A stretch of DNA of 64,000 nucleotides from Rhina ancylostomus (Eukaryota): positions 107,532,433 to 107,596,432 of the forward strand of contig JARFYF010000063.1 in NCBI GenBank assembly GCA_030265395.1. Reading direction: 5' to 3'. The position numbers and the translations under genes are program-made. Shown piece by piece: positions 11,651 through 25,714 of the stretch (the stretch's first letter is position 1; the number at the start of each line of letters is the position of its first letter). The notes under the pieces were generated by a model. It was not told where the DNA came from. It ran no database searches and saw only the letters and a program-made list of their open reading frames with translations.

Positions 11651-14600
11651 AATAGAGAATGCCTTCATGTGCAAAACCACTTAACCTGGGCCATTTTCAT
11701 TTCTGTTGATTCGCTGCGTAAAGCAGGTAAAAGATGTAAAGCAAGCCTTAGGCTGGGGCAACACATCTGCCCACACAATGCAAGTAAGTGCATCAGAGAA
11801 GTGCAAGTGAATTTGAAAAGATCAATCAACAATGCATTAGAGCATTTGAAAAGGAATGTAAACATTTAACTGCAACAAAATAAACTGACACGAAGTTTGA
11901 AATACCTTGTAAATGTTAATTTGTTCTCAAATGGAAAGTCTAATTCAAGGATGGCAACTGATGTAAATAAACCCTGCCTTGCAAAACACTGGTGTATTGC
12001 AATATGGTTATGATACAATCAGTGTTCAAAAAAAGTGTTTTATGAATTAACTATGAACAAGAACAAACAATTTGTACTATTCAAGTAAACGTGGGCCTCA
12101 CATCCCTTCCGCTGTTGCTGGCAACAACAAACATAGGAGTCTTCAAAAGCCCTTGACACCACTTGGCCATGACTATGGTGTGAAGGCAAAGTCTGCTCAA
12201 ACAATGCAGGAAACAAGCAGTTTTCAAGAGAAAACCAAATAATGCTCTCACATCCTTTCTCCTGTTGCAAAGCCCTGATGACAGCAAATTTAGGCAAATC
12301 CTTTATTTATTGTCTCTGGAGCCACTCCAGTACAAGAAAGTTCTTCCCATTAATGACAAAATTTCCTTCATTTATACACATAATCAAACATCTTTCTGTC
12401 ACATGACAGCTACTTGCTGCCTACCACATTCATTACACATTAACCTTTACCACACCAATCTTTTTTAACAATGTCAATTGCACATGTCACAAGATTTTGA
12501 CAAACAATGCAGAATGTATAATATCACTATTCTAAACCGATTACAAAGTTATTGCAGTCTTCCACATCACACTGCAGCATGGCATAACAGGTTAAGTCTC
12601 CTTCAAAAATCTACCCTTTCTCGCTCTCATGCACATACACATAACAAAAATAGCACATAGATACTTACAGAATTAAAAGTTTTGTGCATTTAAAAATAAC
12701 TAGAAATATTCATAAATGTGAAGAAAGTTTCTGTTACTTGGTGAGTGGTGGTATGAAGCTATACCAGCAGAAGAGATTAAAATAGATTTGGAAAGGAAAT
12801 TCTAAAGCTTTAGAAAACAGAATCTACAAATATTTTAAAAAGTTACTATTTTACTGTTAAAAGCAAGCATGTCCAACCATCTTTAATAAAGATGCACCTT
12901 TGGATTAGTGACGCTATGTGTTACTAAAGCCTCCAAAGTAAACAATAGTTCAAGCGTAGCATCTGGAAAGTGGGAAACCCATTAAGACCTGATCTCTCAG
13001 GAATGTAACAAATAGAGATTTGCAAAGTGCAAGAGATCTTGAGGTCACTGTTACTGAGTAGAAGCAAGTGACATGAGGTTAAAATCTGTATGAACAGAAA
13101 TCACATGTATCCCTGCTTTAGTACTGGTGTCACATACAAGGCTTGAGTACAGGGTGGACAGATTCAGGACACCAGAACGTATTGTATTTGAGCAGATTTG
13201 TCAATTTTGCTGGTGGGAGAGTAAATAGATCTTGTCTGCAACAGGTAGAAGAGGTTATATTTTATTGGACTTTTAAACTAATGTAACGTATATTTTGTAT
13301 GTATTTCCAATTGACGTCTTACAGAGGAATAACATTTTGAACAGAATTAGGACATTGTCACACAGGGACAATGCTATTACCACTTGGCCTTTGTCCATGT
13401 TTAAAAATCACAAGATAATAATAAATATTCATGAGCATTCCCAGAAGCTAAAACTTTTGGTTGTGCCCGAAATAATCGTGCTAGCTGCAGGAGTAAGTTT
13501 ATTACGATCTGAAGAACCGTATATTACTTATGAGATGCTGTTGCATTTTAAGAAAAAGTGTGCCCAATTAATCAAATACATATCAATAATGTTTTAGAAA
13601 CTCTTTTGCATGCATCCTGAGCCACACATTGTGCAGGAAATATTCCTTGCTGCAATGAACGTTTTCATTGTCAAGAGGAACATCACTGTGCTATCTTTCT
13701 GTTGGGCAGTTTGATTTGCCCCAATATTAATAGATGTGCACTCCCATTCAGAGGCAAAAGTGCAATGATAAAGGGGATATTTTGTACAAGATGGCAATGC
13801 TTAATTTGAATAATATTACACTTAATTTTATTAGTGAATAAATGATGTGAAGTGATTAAATTCAGGTAGAGTTTTCCTTTAAAGGAAAATCACCTTGTAG
13901 CCACATGTCCCATTATTTTTCATGTTCTTGAATTGCAGCTGTTGCAAATAAGAAATGGGAAATATGTTTATCTCTTTTCAGTTAAATTACATTATGTCTT
14001 TCAGAATGACAAGAACATTTCATTTTTTGTTTAAGTAGGAGTGTAAAGCAATGAAGTTAAGTGGCAAGATGTGTCCATTTTAAATATAACAGCAAAATCA
14101 TTTTAAAGGACGCTATGGTGTTTATAGCCCAAGGTCCTGGTTTTGCGAGGTCATTAAAGAAGACAGAGAATCCAATAAATGCTGCAATTATTGCCTTAAC
14201 AAACTGGTGCAAGTTATAATTCAAGTTTAATGAAAAATTAAAATGCTATAATCTTAAAATGTAAAAGATTTTGTGTAACTCTCTCTATAACATGGCTTAT
14301 TAATTTTCAGAGCCTTTTAATCGAGCTGAGGATAGAAAATAAAATTTAAAAAACAGATTATTGGTTTAAAGGACATGTCCTGTTCAAGGTTGGGTTTTAG
14401 GCTGCATTTCCAGGGGCTTATTATACTGTCACTTATTATAACTACCACACAATCTTTAGTGGGACTACTACCAGATTTAAAAATGAAACTGAATTCTTAT
14501 TCTAATGTAGTCAATTTCTATCACTGGATACAGCCTCTATTTCTCAGGCTATCTTTGGAAGCTGTACTAGCTGTATGTTAAAATGAGCTAGACTCTCTTG

Positions 14601-14682
14601 GAAGCTTTTGCTATTAATGAAATAGCCATAAACAACGTGTGATATTAATGGCCACAGAGTATTAGGCAATGTTAATGGAAAT

Positions 14683-14929
14683 CAAAAAGCACACTGCAGA
14701 GGCTGCAAATGTGATTTTAAAATAGAAAACATTGGAAATATGCTGAAGACTCTTCTTTCCTGCACAACTTCAGTCAACTGAGAAACAGGGTTAGATACTT
14801 TCAGGTCAATGACTCTCCTTCAGTTTAGCTGAAGGGTCTTCGACCTGAAAAGATAACTCTGTTTATCTCTGCACTGATACTGCCTGATCTACTGAGTATT
14901 TCCAAAATTTTCCATTTTTATTTTGCAGA
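14683..14929. mobile_element. Palindromic non-autonomous element made of two inverted Penelope-like terminal repeats
   Basis: The left half (gagaaacagggttagatactttcaggtcaatgactctccttcag) is the approximate reverse complement of the right half (ctgaagggtcttcgacctgaaaagataactctgtttatctc). The outer parts (aaaatagaaaacattggaaata / tatttccaaaattttccatttt) also pair. Confidence 0.65.
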
Positions 14930-16320
14930 GTATCTATTGTATTCCTCCATAGGTGGAAATTTGGTAGGGTGATAACACTCTTATTCATTGCTTGCATCCT
15001 CTAATTGTATTACCTTCAATTCATCCCAATGAAGATTGAGTGTGCAAAGCAAAAGAAACATAAATTTGTAAAATATGAACAAGTATGCTTATAAACAAGT
15101 AGTCAATTCATCTAGCTTCTATCATCCTGACAAATCATTTTTACATGCCCCCTGTCTTGATTCCAAATTCAATTCCTTTGCTTCCAGCTGAGAAAGGAAT
15201 CTGTTCTTATTCTTTTTGCATGTTTTAATGATTGTTCCTAGTAACAGAAATATAATGCTTATGCATGATTGTGCACGAATTTCATCCTGTGCTCATTCCA
15301 CAAAAATTACTTTTTCCTCAACCTTATTTGTCCCCCATACAACTTAAAAAGGAAAACTTCCATCAAATGTAATTCCATTTCAATCTCTGGTCTCCTTTGT
15401 CTTTCCTTAAACAGAAACAGAATATGTCAGGACCGAGAATTTTCCTTATTGCTTCCCTTTGAAGCCTTATTAATAGCATCTCAGAATACAACTGGACTCA
15501 GGACTTTATCTGTGATGCATACAATGCTTAAAAGTGTCAATATTGTTTTCCTGTAGTTGTACAAGTTTTCCCTCATATTCACATTTGATCTATTTAGTTT
15601 CCACATTTAGTTAATTTGCTCACTGAATTATATGCCCTGCTTTGCTTTACTTAATATGCAACCCCTTATTGCAAAATTATCTTGCTATTTTCTCATTGCA
15701 GTCTCATAGAATTTATATATAATAATAAATACCATTTATTATTTAGCTGCCTAAGTGTCTGCAGATCACTTTGAATACCAATCACCTGGTAGATTCTTCT
15801 TTGCTACACAACTTGGCACCTATAAACAAAGAAGATTTATTTACATTAGTCAAGGTCACTAATTAATTTTGTAGTAATGAATCCTGGACCAATCTTCAGA
15901 AAAACCATGCTAATAGCAGTTATGCAGTAAAACTATTAAGCTGATAACTAAAATGCACTATCTTTTATCTGTAAGTTACAACTTTATCTTTAGATCCCAT
16001 GACCCATCACTTTGCTCATTACAGATCCTATGGAAGACTTTATTCTTTGCTTTCTTAAAGTTAATTGAATCATTAACTCAATGATGTGCTCTTTAGCCAT
16101 GACTTGCTTTTCATAACTCACACTGACTTAGAACTACTGCCCGTTTTGCAACATCAATGTCTAAGCTGAGAAAAATCATTAATTATCAAAACTGTAGTGG
16201 GTACCTCTGTTGGCGTTTTTNNNNNNNNNNNNNNNNNNNNNNNNNNNNNNNNNNNNNNNNNNNNNNNNNNNNNNNNNNNNNNNNNNNNNNNNNNNNNNNN
16301 NNNNNNNNNNNNNNNNNNNN

Positions 16321-17065
16321 CAATGAACTATGCACTTGTACTCTTAGATCCCTCTGTTCCATTCCACTCCCTTGTGCCCTACCATTCATAGTACAAGTCC
16401 TATTGCTGGTCTGACTTTCCAAAATGCATCACCTCACACTCATCTGCAATGAAATGAATTTGTCTCTCCTCGGCCCACTTCCTAAATGATCAAGATCCCC
16501 CTGTAAGCTACAATAACCTTCTTCACTATCAACACCTCCTAATTTCATGTCATCCACAAACTTACTGATCAAACCTTGTACATTCGCACCCAAATCATTT
16601 ATCTAAATAATGAATAATAAGGGTCCCAACACTAACCCCTTTGGCACACCACGAGTCACTGGCCTCCATTCAGAGAAACAATCTTCAACAATGACCCTCT
16701 GCTTCCTACCTCCAAGCCAATTTTGAATCCACCGAACTAGCTCTCACTGGATTCCATGGGACCTAACTTTCCAGACCAGTCTATCTTGTGGGACTTTGTT
16801 GAAGGCCTTGCTAAAGTCCAAATTGACAACATCTTTTTCACCACCATCTACCTTTTTGGTTACTTCTTCAGAAAACTCTAAAAGGTTCGTCAAGCATGAC
16901 TTTCTATGCACACAGCCATGCTGACTCCTCCTATTCTACCAAATGTTGGTAGATTCTGTCCCTCAGAATTCCCTCCAGTAACTTCCCCACTATTGGCGTG
17001 TAGTTCCCTGACTACCTTTCTTAAGCAATGGAACAATGTCAGCCATCTTCCAGTCTTCAGAAAAT
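16321..17065 (-). mobile_element. CR1 LINE ORF2 (RT) fragment with internal deletions
   Basis: Antisense sequence encodes frameshifted CR1 RT motifs (EDWKMADIVPLLKK, DFSKAFNKVP, GVPKGLVLGPLLF). Confidence 0.85.
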
Positions 17066-17099
17066 TCACCAAAGGCTCAGTGGGCATCAGTCTTCCCTC

Positions 17100-17495
17100 T
17101 GAGCCAGGGACTTGAACAAAAACAAAATGAAGCATACCCCTCCAAGCTAAACACTGAATAATCACTGTGGTGTTGCAAAGTATTTATCTTTCAGATGAAA
17201 CTTAAATCAAGTATCCAAGGTCCACATATTTTTGGGTGAACATAGAAGACTGCATGCTTATGTTTTGTAAAACAAAGCATTAGAGTTCCCTCAGTTATCG
17301 TAATTATTATTTATTTCTTGACCACTGCTTAAAATCAAATTATCCAGTCCTTATAGGTGGCTCTTTGAGGAACCCACTTGTGTGCAAATTACTTGCCACA
17401 TTTCCTGCATTTCAGCAGAAACATTCATTAATTCAAAGGCTATTTCATTGGTTGTTATGGACATCTTGAATTCGTGAAAGATGTTACATGTGGTT
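17100..17495 (+). mobile_element. SacSINE1-like Deu-SINE, decayed
   Basis: Recalled Deu-domain and tail blocks: tttcagatgaaacttaaa, cttgtgtgcaaattacttgccacatttcctgcatt, gacatcttgaattcgtgaaagatg. Confidence 0.55.
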
Positions 17496-18049
17496 TTTTT
17501 TGCTCATGTTATGTTATTACTAGCTACTACTTTCTGCAGAAATTAAAAGTTGTTTTCAACTACCTTAATTGTTGGCCTCATAATGCCACTAATGTCTTAC
17601 ATTTATTTTTGCACTGGTGTAGTAATTTTTTTTACTGGAAAGCATAATTTGTCTGAGTGCAAGAATCAGTTCAATAACGGTTGTCAAACTATTGAATACA
17701 ACATAGTTAGTGAATGCAATAAACTATAATACCAATGGCCTATGCTATAACAGTGACAACAGTTTAGAAAACACTACTTTGGCTGCAAAGCACTTTGGGA
17801 CATCTTGATTTGCCCCATATAATTGCAAGTTCTTTTCCATTCTAATATAATTAAAGAATACAATCATGATAATGCAATTGATGCATGCAGTAACTAATTT
17901 ACTGGGAAGCATTACTGCCATACTAAAACCATAACAAATTTTAGTTAGCAATTTCAGTTTTCTAAACAAATTTGTACATTGGAAGTTGATGCAAAAATTT
18001 ATTTCATCTAATCAGTAAAAGGAAAATTTGTAACTCCACACACAGTGCT

Positions 18050-18350
18050 GGTTTACATGGACCATCACAACTGATCTACCTCATACCACTTCCCTGCACT
18101 AATCTATATCCTTTGATTCCCTTAATACCCAGAAATCTATTAATCCCTCTTTTAAATGAGCACAATGATTGAGGCTCTCAGCCCTCCAAGGTAAATAATT
18201 TCAAAGATTTACCACCCTTTGAGTAAAAAACATGACCTCCTATCAGTCCTAAGTACCGTACCTTTTATTATGAGACTGCTCAGCCAAGGGAAACATGCTT
18301 CCTGCATCTACCCTGTAGAGGTCTGTAAGAATTTTCTTAGTTTCAATGAA
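18050..18350 (-). mobile_element. CR1 LINE 3' remnant
   Basis: Antisense CR1 end (ctgatctacctcataccact...tatcctttgattcccttaatacccagaaatctat...caaagatttaccaccctttgagt). Confidence 0.6.
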
Positions 18351-21300
18351 AAGTACATTAATTAGTTTTAGTTCATTAAGTACATTAATTAGTTCTAAGT
18401 GCCTTTAATTTAATAGTTTAAATTTTAAAAAATTATAAATACTGTTTACCCAAAGACCTGCAGGTGTGAGGGTAAATTTAGAATACATAATGCAACAGCA
18501 GTAAATGCTTAAAACATTCAACAAGTAAGGCAGCATCTGTGGACAGCAAAGGATCATAACTCATTTCTCTTTCTGGAGGTGTTGTGGAGTGTTTCTACTT
18601 TTTTTAGTTTTTATTTCTGATTGACAACAGTACTTTGCTACCATCGGAGTGTAAATTCTAAGATTATATACTACCCCATTTCTATGATATTTAATTAGTG
18701 ACCCCAGTTGTGGCTGCTATTACAGATTTTAAACTCCACTCCCTGTCTCTGCTCTGCAGGTATATTTTAGGCAGGAGCTGGAATGAAGCTTGGGTTTAGG
18801 GAAAAGAGTGATACAAATATTACGAAGTCTACCTCTGCTTCAACCATTGCTGTGATAATTATATATTTTTGTTTTCATACAAAATTTTTAACAACTATTA
18901 TTCTTGTATATTTTAATAATATATTTTCTTTTCATCTGTGGTTTGTTTTATTTTCCTTCCCCTTCATTTTGTTCCTTGATTTTAACTAATTAGTTCTGAT
19001 TCTTAATGTTGGCATAATACTTACACATGGTACATATTGCATTTGCACACTCTGTCATGTACATGAAAAGTATTTAATTTTTGAAATATCTTCTTCTCAA
19101 GTTGCCACTGCCACTTCCTCAGTTCTTTCCTCAGTGCTTTAAAATTGGCTCTCAATTAATTCTCACCACAATATCAAAGCTAATGATCTTATAATTGCTG
19201 ATACACCGTTTTCTACAGCCCACAAATTTGCTGCCATCTCAGGCACACTCCTAAATACTAACTCAAGCATAGCATCTTCTCTCATTCCCCTTTTAACCTG
19301 CTGCACCACGAAGCAGTCCTGTATTAACTCAATAAATTTGCCTCCTCCTTTTGAAGAATCCCCAACCTCATCCTGCTTTAATTTCGAGTAATTAAAATCG
19401 CACTGAATTAAACCCTCCCTTTCTTTGATGCAGCCTTTATTTACTTGGATAATTCTATCTCATGTTTTTCCTCTTTTGCCCTGGTGGACTATAGCACTTC
19501 CCAATTATTAATTTGCTTCCTTTGCTGTCGCAGTTTTCCACTTAAATTGACTCAGACCTCCCCTCATCTGAGGTTAAATCAACTATTTCAATAACTGTCA
19601 GATCCTCCTTACCGACAAAACTTCCCCTCACCCACCCTGTTTTCCTCTTCATTCCATATATTTTAAACCCTGCTAAATGAAACTCATTTTAAGATAACAT
19701 TGCTGTCAAAGGGCTTACATTGGTTGATTATATTGCTACAAAGTGTGATAAGACATTTGGTAATTCTCTACAGATGTGCGGCTTTTTCATTGCTGACATT
19801 CCCTGGTATGTCAAACAGCCTGAGGTTGTTATTTAAAACAATTTATATGCAATGATGTATATCAATGTTACATTATTCTGATTGAGATTTAAGTTTATAT
19901 ATTTTAGAGTATGAACAGAGATGAATCTTTAACTGTTATGCATAGCTTGTATATGAATCCTGTAACAAAGTTAGACTATTGAATTTAAGATATTTGGCCG
20001 GTTATCTGTGGTATTTGAATAATTCTAAATGTATAATTCAATTATGTAGATTATTTGGAAATGCACATGAAAAATCAACACTGTAGTAACTAAACCCTGC
20101 TTTGTTCTGAATTTACAAATAAAAAGCTTACAGTCTTACCTAGAAATAGGTGATGTACAGATAATGAGCAATCTACTATATTAACTATGCTCACAGTGAA
20201 AATGGACAGTGCATTGCAGTGTTACATAAATTGAAAGCAATAGAAAACTGTGGAAGAGAATGGAGAATTAATTTAACTGTAAATTACATCAGCATCTATT
20301 TAAATCAAAATCAGTGATCGAGGAATATAATACCTTTAATTTTTAAATTGCAATTTTAAAATATTTGTTTTTGCTTATCTTAATTAGGAGAGCTGAGTTA
20401 TAGTTGCTGAGATTTTAACAATACCGTATTTGATTTTACTTTCATTGCAGTTTACGGTCCTTGCTTGTTTCTCATAAGGCTATGCTTTACTATTGTGTAC
20501 AATGAAGGGACAAAATTTCAATTTATATGCCACTGACTTTATCCAGTAATTTTGATATCACTTTACTCTGCCATTGCTAAGGAAACTTGACCCAGCACTA
20601 TTAGAACAGTCACTGAGACTTATGCATTGGCAGAACCTTTTCCACTTCTTGACGTGAACAAATTGACCTGGTCCTATTGCAATACATAATTTGGCTTGCA
20701 ACAGATAGAAAAGAAAATTGACTCCCTCATTAATTTGCTATTATACTAAACTACCATCTGCTCCTCTCAGCCTAGGGATGGCACCATTCTGACCTCCTTT
20801 GGATCTTCTGATAGTCAACCCAATGGGATTTCTTGGGTAACCTTAACCATCCACTTGCTTGATGTGTTATTCTTGGAGCCTGACCCTATGGAGGACCTTA
20901 ATTAATGGCCAATACCAAAATTTGACTCCATGTCATCCAATGTTCTACAACTGCAGCAAAATTAACAATTAGCATTCTGATTCAAGACTATTTAATACAT
21001 TAATAATGTTCACTCATATTTATTGACTGAAGCCATGTTAAATGATAAATTGTTTTCCCCGATAATAGTGCACCAGTATAGACTATTATTTATCTTCCGG
21101 TGGCAGTGCCATAAGGTTACTTTGTGTCCTATGCTTCTGTTTTGCATGTGCTCTGGAAAATGTGCTGTGCGTTGATGCTGAATCTTATTAAAATAATAAA
21201 ATTTCCAGCTTTGTAACATTTGTTATTATCCCTTCAAGTATACCATGTAATATGCTACAATCATAGTAATTACCTTGTACAATTCATATATTGTTTACAA

Positions 21301-21695
21301 AATCTGAAAGCTTCTGTGTGATTGCATCGTAGTAATTGTTATTAGATTACAAATTTCTCAACCATATCGGAAGCTAAGTGACAGATTTGTGACTAAGGAT
21401 TTTTCTTACCAAAAGAAGAAGTCAAACTCAACTTGAAATGAACCATGATTGAGCACATTTATGATTAAAAATAAATACTTGAAATCTTAGTCTTTTCTCT
21501 CCTTTTTCCAATTTCTTAGTTGTCCTGTGAGTGCTAATTTTCTAAAACTTACAATGAACAGGACAACTTCAGCTTTGATTGCAAGAGATATTGGCCATAT
21601 TTATAAATCATAATAGACTATAATTATCTGTTGTTACTACAACATTTTTAAGCATTTTGTTGAGGACAAATAATAACTGAGCAGGAATGAGCCTA

Positions 21696-23285
21696 TTGGT
21701 AAATTGGTTTATTATTGTCACATGTACCGAGCTACAGTGAAAAACTTGTGTTGCATACCGTTCATACACATCGATTCAATGCAGCAGTGCATTGAGGTAG
21801 TACAAGGTATAAACAATAACAGGCTGCAGAATAAAGTATTACAGCTACAAAGAAAGTGCAGTGCAGGCTGACAATAAGGTGCAAGGTCATAATGAGGTAG
21901 ATTGTGAGGTCAAGAGTTCATCTTATCGTACTAGGGTTCAATAGTCTTATAACAGTGGGATAGAAGTTGTCCTTGAGCCTGGTGGTAAATGCTTTCAGGC
22001 TTTTGTATCTTCTGTCCAATGGGAGAGGGAGAGGAGAGAATATCCAGGGTGGGTGGAGTCTTTGATTATGCTGGCTGCTTTACTGAGGCAGTGAGAAGTA
22101 TAAACAGAGTCCATGGAAGGGAGACTGGTTTCTGTGATGTGCTGAGGTGTGTCCACAGCTCTCTGCAGTTTCTTGCGGTCACAGGAAGTGCAGTTGCCAT
22201 ACCAAGTCATGATGCATCCAGATAAGATACTTTCTATGGTGCATTGATAAAAATCAGTGACGGTCAAAGGGGACATGCCAAATTTCTTTAGCCTCCTGAG
22301 GAAGTAGAGGCTCTGGTGGGCTTTCTTGGCCATGGCGTCTACACGGTTGGACCAGGACAGGCTATTAGTGATGTTCTCTCCTAGGATCTTGAAGCTCTCA
22401 ATCCTCTTGACCTCAGCACCATGGAGGTAAGACAGAAGGATGTGCACCTCCCTCCTTCCTGAANNNNNNNNNNNNNNNNNNNNNNNNNNNNNNNNNNNNN
22501 NNNNNNNNNNNNNNNNNNNNNNNNNNNNNNNNNNNNNNNNNNNNNNNNNNNNNNNNNNNNNNNNNNNNNNNNNNNNNNNNNNNNNNNNNNNNNNNNNNNN
22601 NNNNNNNNNNNNNNNNNNNNNNNNNNNNNNNNNNNNNNNNNNNNNNNNNNNNNNNNNNNNNNNNNNNNNNNNNNNNNNNNNNNNNNNNNNNNNNNNNNNN
22701 NNNNNNNNNNNNNNNNNNNNNNNNNNNNNNNNNNNNNNNNNNNNNNNNNNNNNNNNNNNNNNNNNNNNNNNNNNNNNNNNNNNNNNNNNNNNNNNNNNNN
22801 NNNNNNNNNNNNNNNNNNNNNNNNNNNNNNNNNNNNNNNNNNNNNNNNNNNNNNNNNNNNNNNNNNNNNNNNNNNNNNNNNNNNNNNNNNNNNNNNNNNN
22901 NNNNNNNNNNNNNNNNNNNNNNNNNNNNNNNNNNNNNNNNNNNNNNNNNNNNNNNNNNNNNNNNNNNNNNNNNNNNNNNNNNNNNNNNNNNNNNNNNNNN
23001 NNNNNNNNNNNNNNNNNNNNNNNNNNNNNNNNNNNNNNNNNNNNNNNNNNNNNNNNNNNNNNNNCCAGGCAGTAGTCATTAAGACATGTTACCTTGTCTT
23101 TCTTAGGTGCCCGGATGATAGTGGTCTTCTTAAAGCAGGTGGGAACCTCAGGGAGAGGTTAAAAATGTCTGCAAATACCCCCGCCAGCTGATCAGCACAG
23201 GATCTGAGGATACGGCCAGGGACACCATCCGGCCAGGTCCTTTCCATGGGTTCACTCTTTGGAAGACTGATCTTACATCTGCAAC
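21696..23285 (-). mobile_element. Rex1/Babar-clade LINE, 3' part (spans the 22464-23064 gap)
   Basis: ORF 21995-22447 (ESFKILG...KKAHQSLYFLRRLKKFG...FYQCTIESILSGCIMTWYGNC...LQRAV...IIKDSTHPG) is the typical Rex1/Babar RT C-terminus. Upstream RT sequence lies at 23065-23285 (DVRSVFQRVNPWKGPG). The 3' tail ends aataaaccaatttaccaa. Confidence 0.85.
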
Positions 23286-25054
23286 AATATCTGCGGGTTC
23301 AAGTAGTCCACTGGACAGACTAAGCACTGGCTCAGTAGTCATATTTCTACCTGTTAAGCATGTGCAAATATGAAGAAAGTTTGAAGATTAGAATTTTGAC
23401 AACCAGGAGAGGTTTTATGCATAGGAATTCCAGAAAATGTAAGTAATTTGGTATCTGAGAATTCCATCAATGGTAAATAAATTAGATAAGTCGGAACCTT
23501 AAGAATGCAGATGGATAGGCAATGAATTGGTACTGAGACATTCAATTGAATACTCGCATCAAATCCTTGCCCGGACTTGATTTGTCACAAAGGTGAACAG
23601 TGGATGAATGTGAAGTGTTCAACTATTTTTATTTGTTTATGGGTGTAATCATGCACAACAACTTGTAGATAATTAATGGGCAATATTATCAAGATGAATT
23701 GGGCAGCAGAATTGCATGGTTGCAACCTAATTAAGGGGTTAAATGTCAAAATGTAACATAAGAAAGAAGTTTGGGTATTTTCTCCCAAGATCTCTTTCAC
23801 ATTATTATTATTAATCTGTTTGAAGGACAAACAATACAGTGTGTTGATCTTCCTACTTCTGCCTCTGTGTTTTAGCATATTGTTTAAATTCAGGAATTTT
23901 TGCATATGTTTCACAGTAAGAGCAACATTCTCCAGCATACTATAAGTCTCCCGTTGATGGATAAAAGGTGTCCATTAGTAATAGTGACAAATGGGAAGCA
24001 GAAGCTATTTTCCTTTGTTATAATTTTCTTTTACTGCCTTTTTTACTGTATAGTTCAATAACTTACCAAGTAGGCCTCTATAACTCACCAAGTATGCCAT
24101 TCTTCATTGGTGTGTCAGCAGGCTGTTTGATTATAGATGCATTATAGTTAAGCCTAAACGTCACCTCCTCCAATACGTGCTCATGGATACCAAGCGTTCC
24201 TGAAGGGCAAATGGAATCCCTGGCCACTTTTCTGTCTCATATTCAGGAGCACTTGAGAATAAATGTTGTACCTCCATGGCCTTCCTGTATAAGATCAACT
24301 ACTCAGAGATCCAATGTAAAGCTTTTGTGTTGTTCTGGCTCAATACAGCACCACACAGCACAATTACTCATCAGTGGACCCTCTACTAGTTTTGAAGCGA
24401 TTTTCTTTTAATCTCTAGTGAATTTCTAAAGTAAACTGACAGCTGAGTATAATCCAGTCTGACATTCAGAGATGGGCATAAAAAGTTTTTGTGATGTTAC
24501 CGGAGGTTTACAAATAAATTGCTGCAGTTAGAGGGATACTGTGTCCAGTATGATATTATAACCTTATATCCACTGAACCTTAGTTCAAGGTCACAGCTGA
24601 TGTGTTCAGATTGGATTAGAAGACTTCACTTTTTGCAACTTTTTGATAAAACTACCAGTGGAATCTCTATGGCCTTGAAATTATGCCCTGGGATTTGATG
24701 GTCAAACTCTAATGCATTTCTCTTAATTTACTCTTGCAACTATATCATTGAAAGTCCTGGTGAATATTTAAGCATAAATTCTTTCTTTCTAGTTTATGTA
24801 GTTTTAAAGGCTCATGTAAAATAATGGAAAGGATAATTTTGGATAAAGTGTATTATTTTATTCTATTAAAAGAATGACTCTTTATGGTTATTGAGTGGGT
24901 TCTTATGGAAAGTACCAGTAGTGAGCTGTTTCTACACCAATTGCTTCTCTATTCNNNNNNNNNNNNNNNNNNNNNNNNNNNNNNNNNNNNNNNNNNNNNN
25001 NNNNNNNNNNNNNNNNNNNNNNNNNNNNNNNNNNNNNNNNNNNNNNNNNNNNNN

Positions 25055-25187
25055 TGCATCAGTGATTTGAACCATGACCCCTAACCCCATGCAGCAGTGA
25101 TGTGAACCATGACCCCTAACCCCATGCGGCAGTGATTTGAACCCTGACCCCTAACCCCATGCAGCAGTGATTTGAACCATGACCCTA
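25055..25187. repeat. 35-bp minisatellite, ~3.8 visible copies, running into a gap
   Basis: Unit tgcagcagtgatttgaaccatgacccctaacccca starts at 25055, 25090, 25125 and 25160. Confidence 0.95.
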
Positions 25188-25399
25188 GCAGAGATAAACA
25201 TGGTGGAGTGCGGTTTGAGCACGGATTTGCTCCCTGCCCGCCTGTCGCTCAGTCCTTCAGGAGTACAGACGGCTCCCTAGGGAACGTCCCACCAGACACC
25301 CCAGAGCGGGCTCAGCTCCCACCCACACTCCAGCCAATGCCTCGTGTCTGTCTGCCTTCATCCGGCCCAACGCCCAGGTGGCTGGCTCTGCTCCCTCAC

Positions 25400-25501
25400 C
25401 TGCGTCCGAGCTGTAGTCCAGCGTGCCCTTGGTGTGCTCGATCCCCAGGAGTTGGGCGGGGTGGAGCGAAGCCACCTCCAATGCTGCCTCCACAGAACAT
25501 C
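25400..25501 (-). CDS. AMDHD2: Single internal exon (102 nt, phase 1-1) of N-acetylglucosamine-6-phosphate deacetylase; other exons not seen
   Basis: Minus strand: ctctttctcctcgccacag|GA TGT TCT GTG...GAC GCA G|gtgagg. It encodes (G)[33 protein letters not shown](D), matching the recalled human AMDHD2 C-terminal segment [35 protein letters not shown] (NagA-family amidohydrolase). Splice sites are canonical and there are no stops. Confidence 0.85.
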
Positions 25502-25714
25502 CTGTGGCGAGGAGAAAGAGGCTCAGTAACAGAGAAACAACTCACTCTCGCGCTGGCGTTCCCAGTGTGGACAGCACTGCTCTGGGAATTCCTAGCTGTG
25601 TGCCCTGGAATTCCCGGGGCGGCTGGAGTCTATGGATCTGGGCATCAGCCACCCCTGAGCAAGAGGCCCGGGCTCGTGGGGAGAAGCAGGAGGGGGCACC
25701 TTCTGCCTGCATGT

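Noticed and set aside
13325-13492. Possible 168-nt in-frame exon (ttacag|...GGA|gtaagt)
   Set aside because: Weak polypyrimidine tract, unrecognised peptide, and phase 0 does not fit the candidate first exon. Only RNA-seq could rescue it.
22381-23079. Long ORFs made mostly of X
   Set aside because: Read-through of N gaps.
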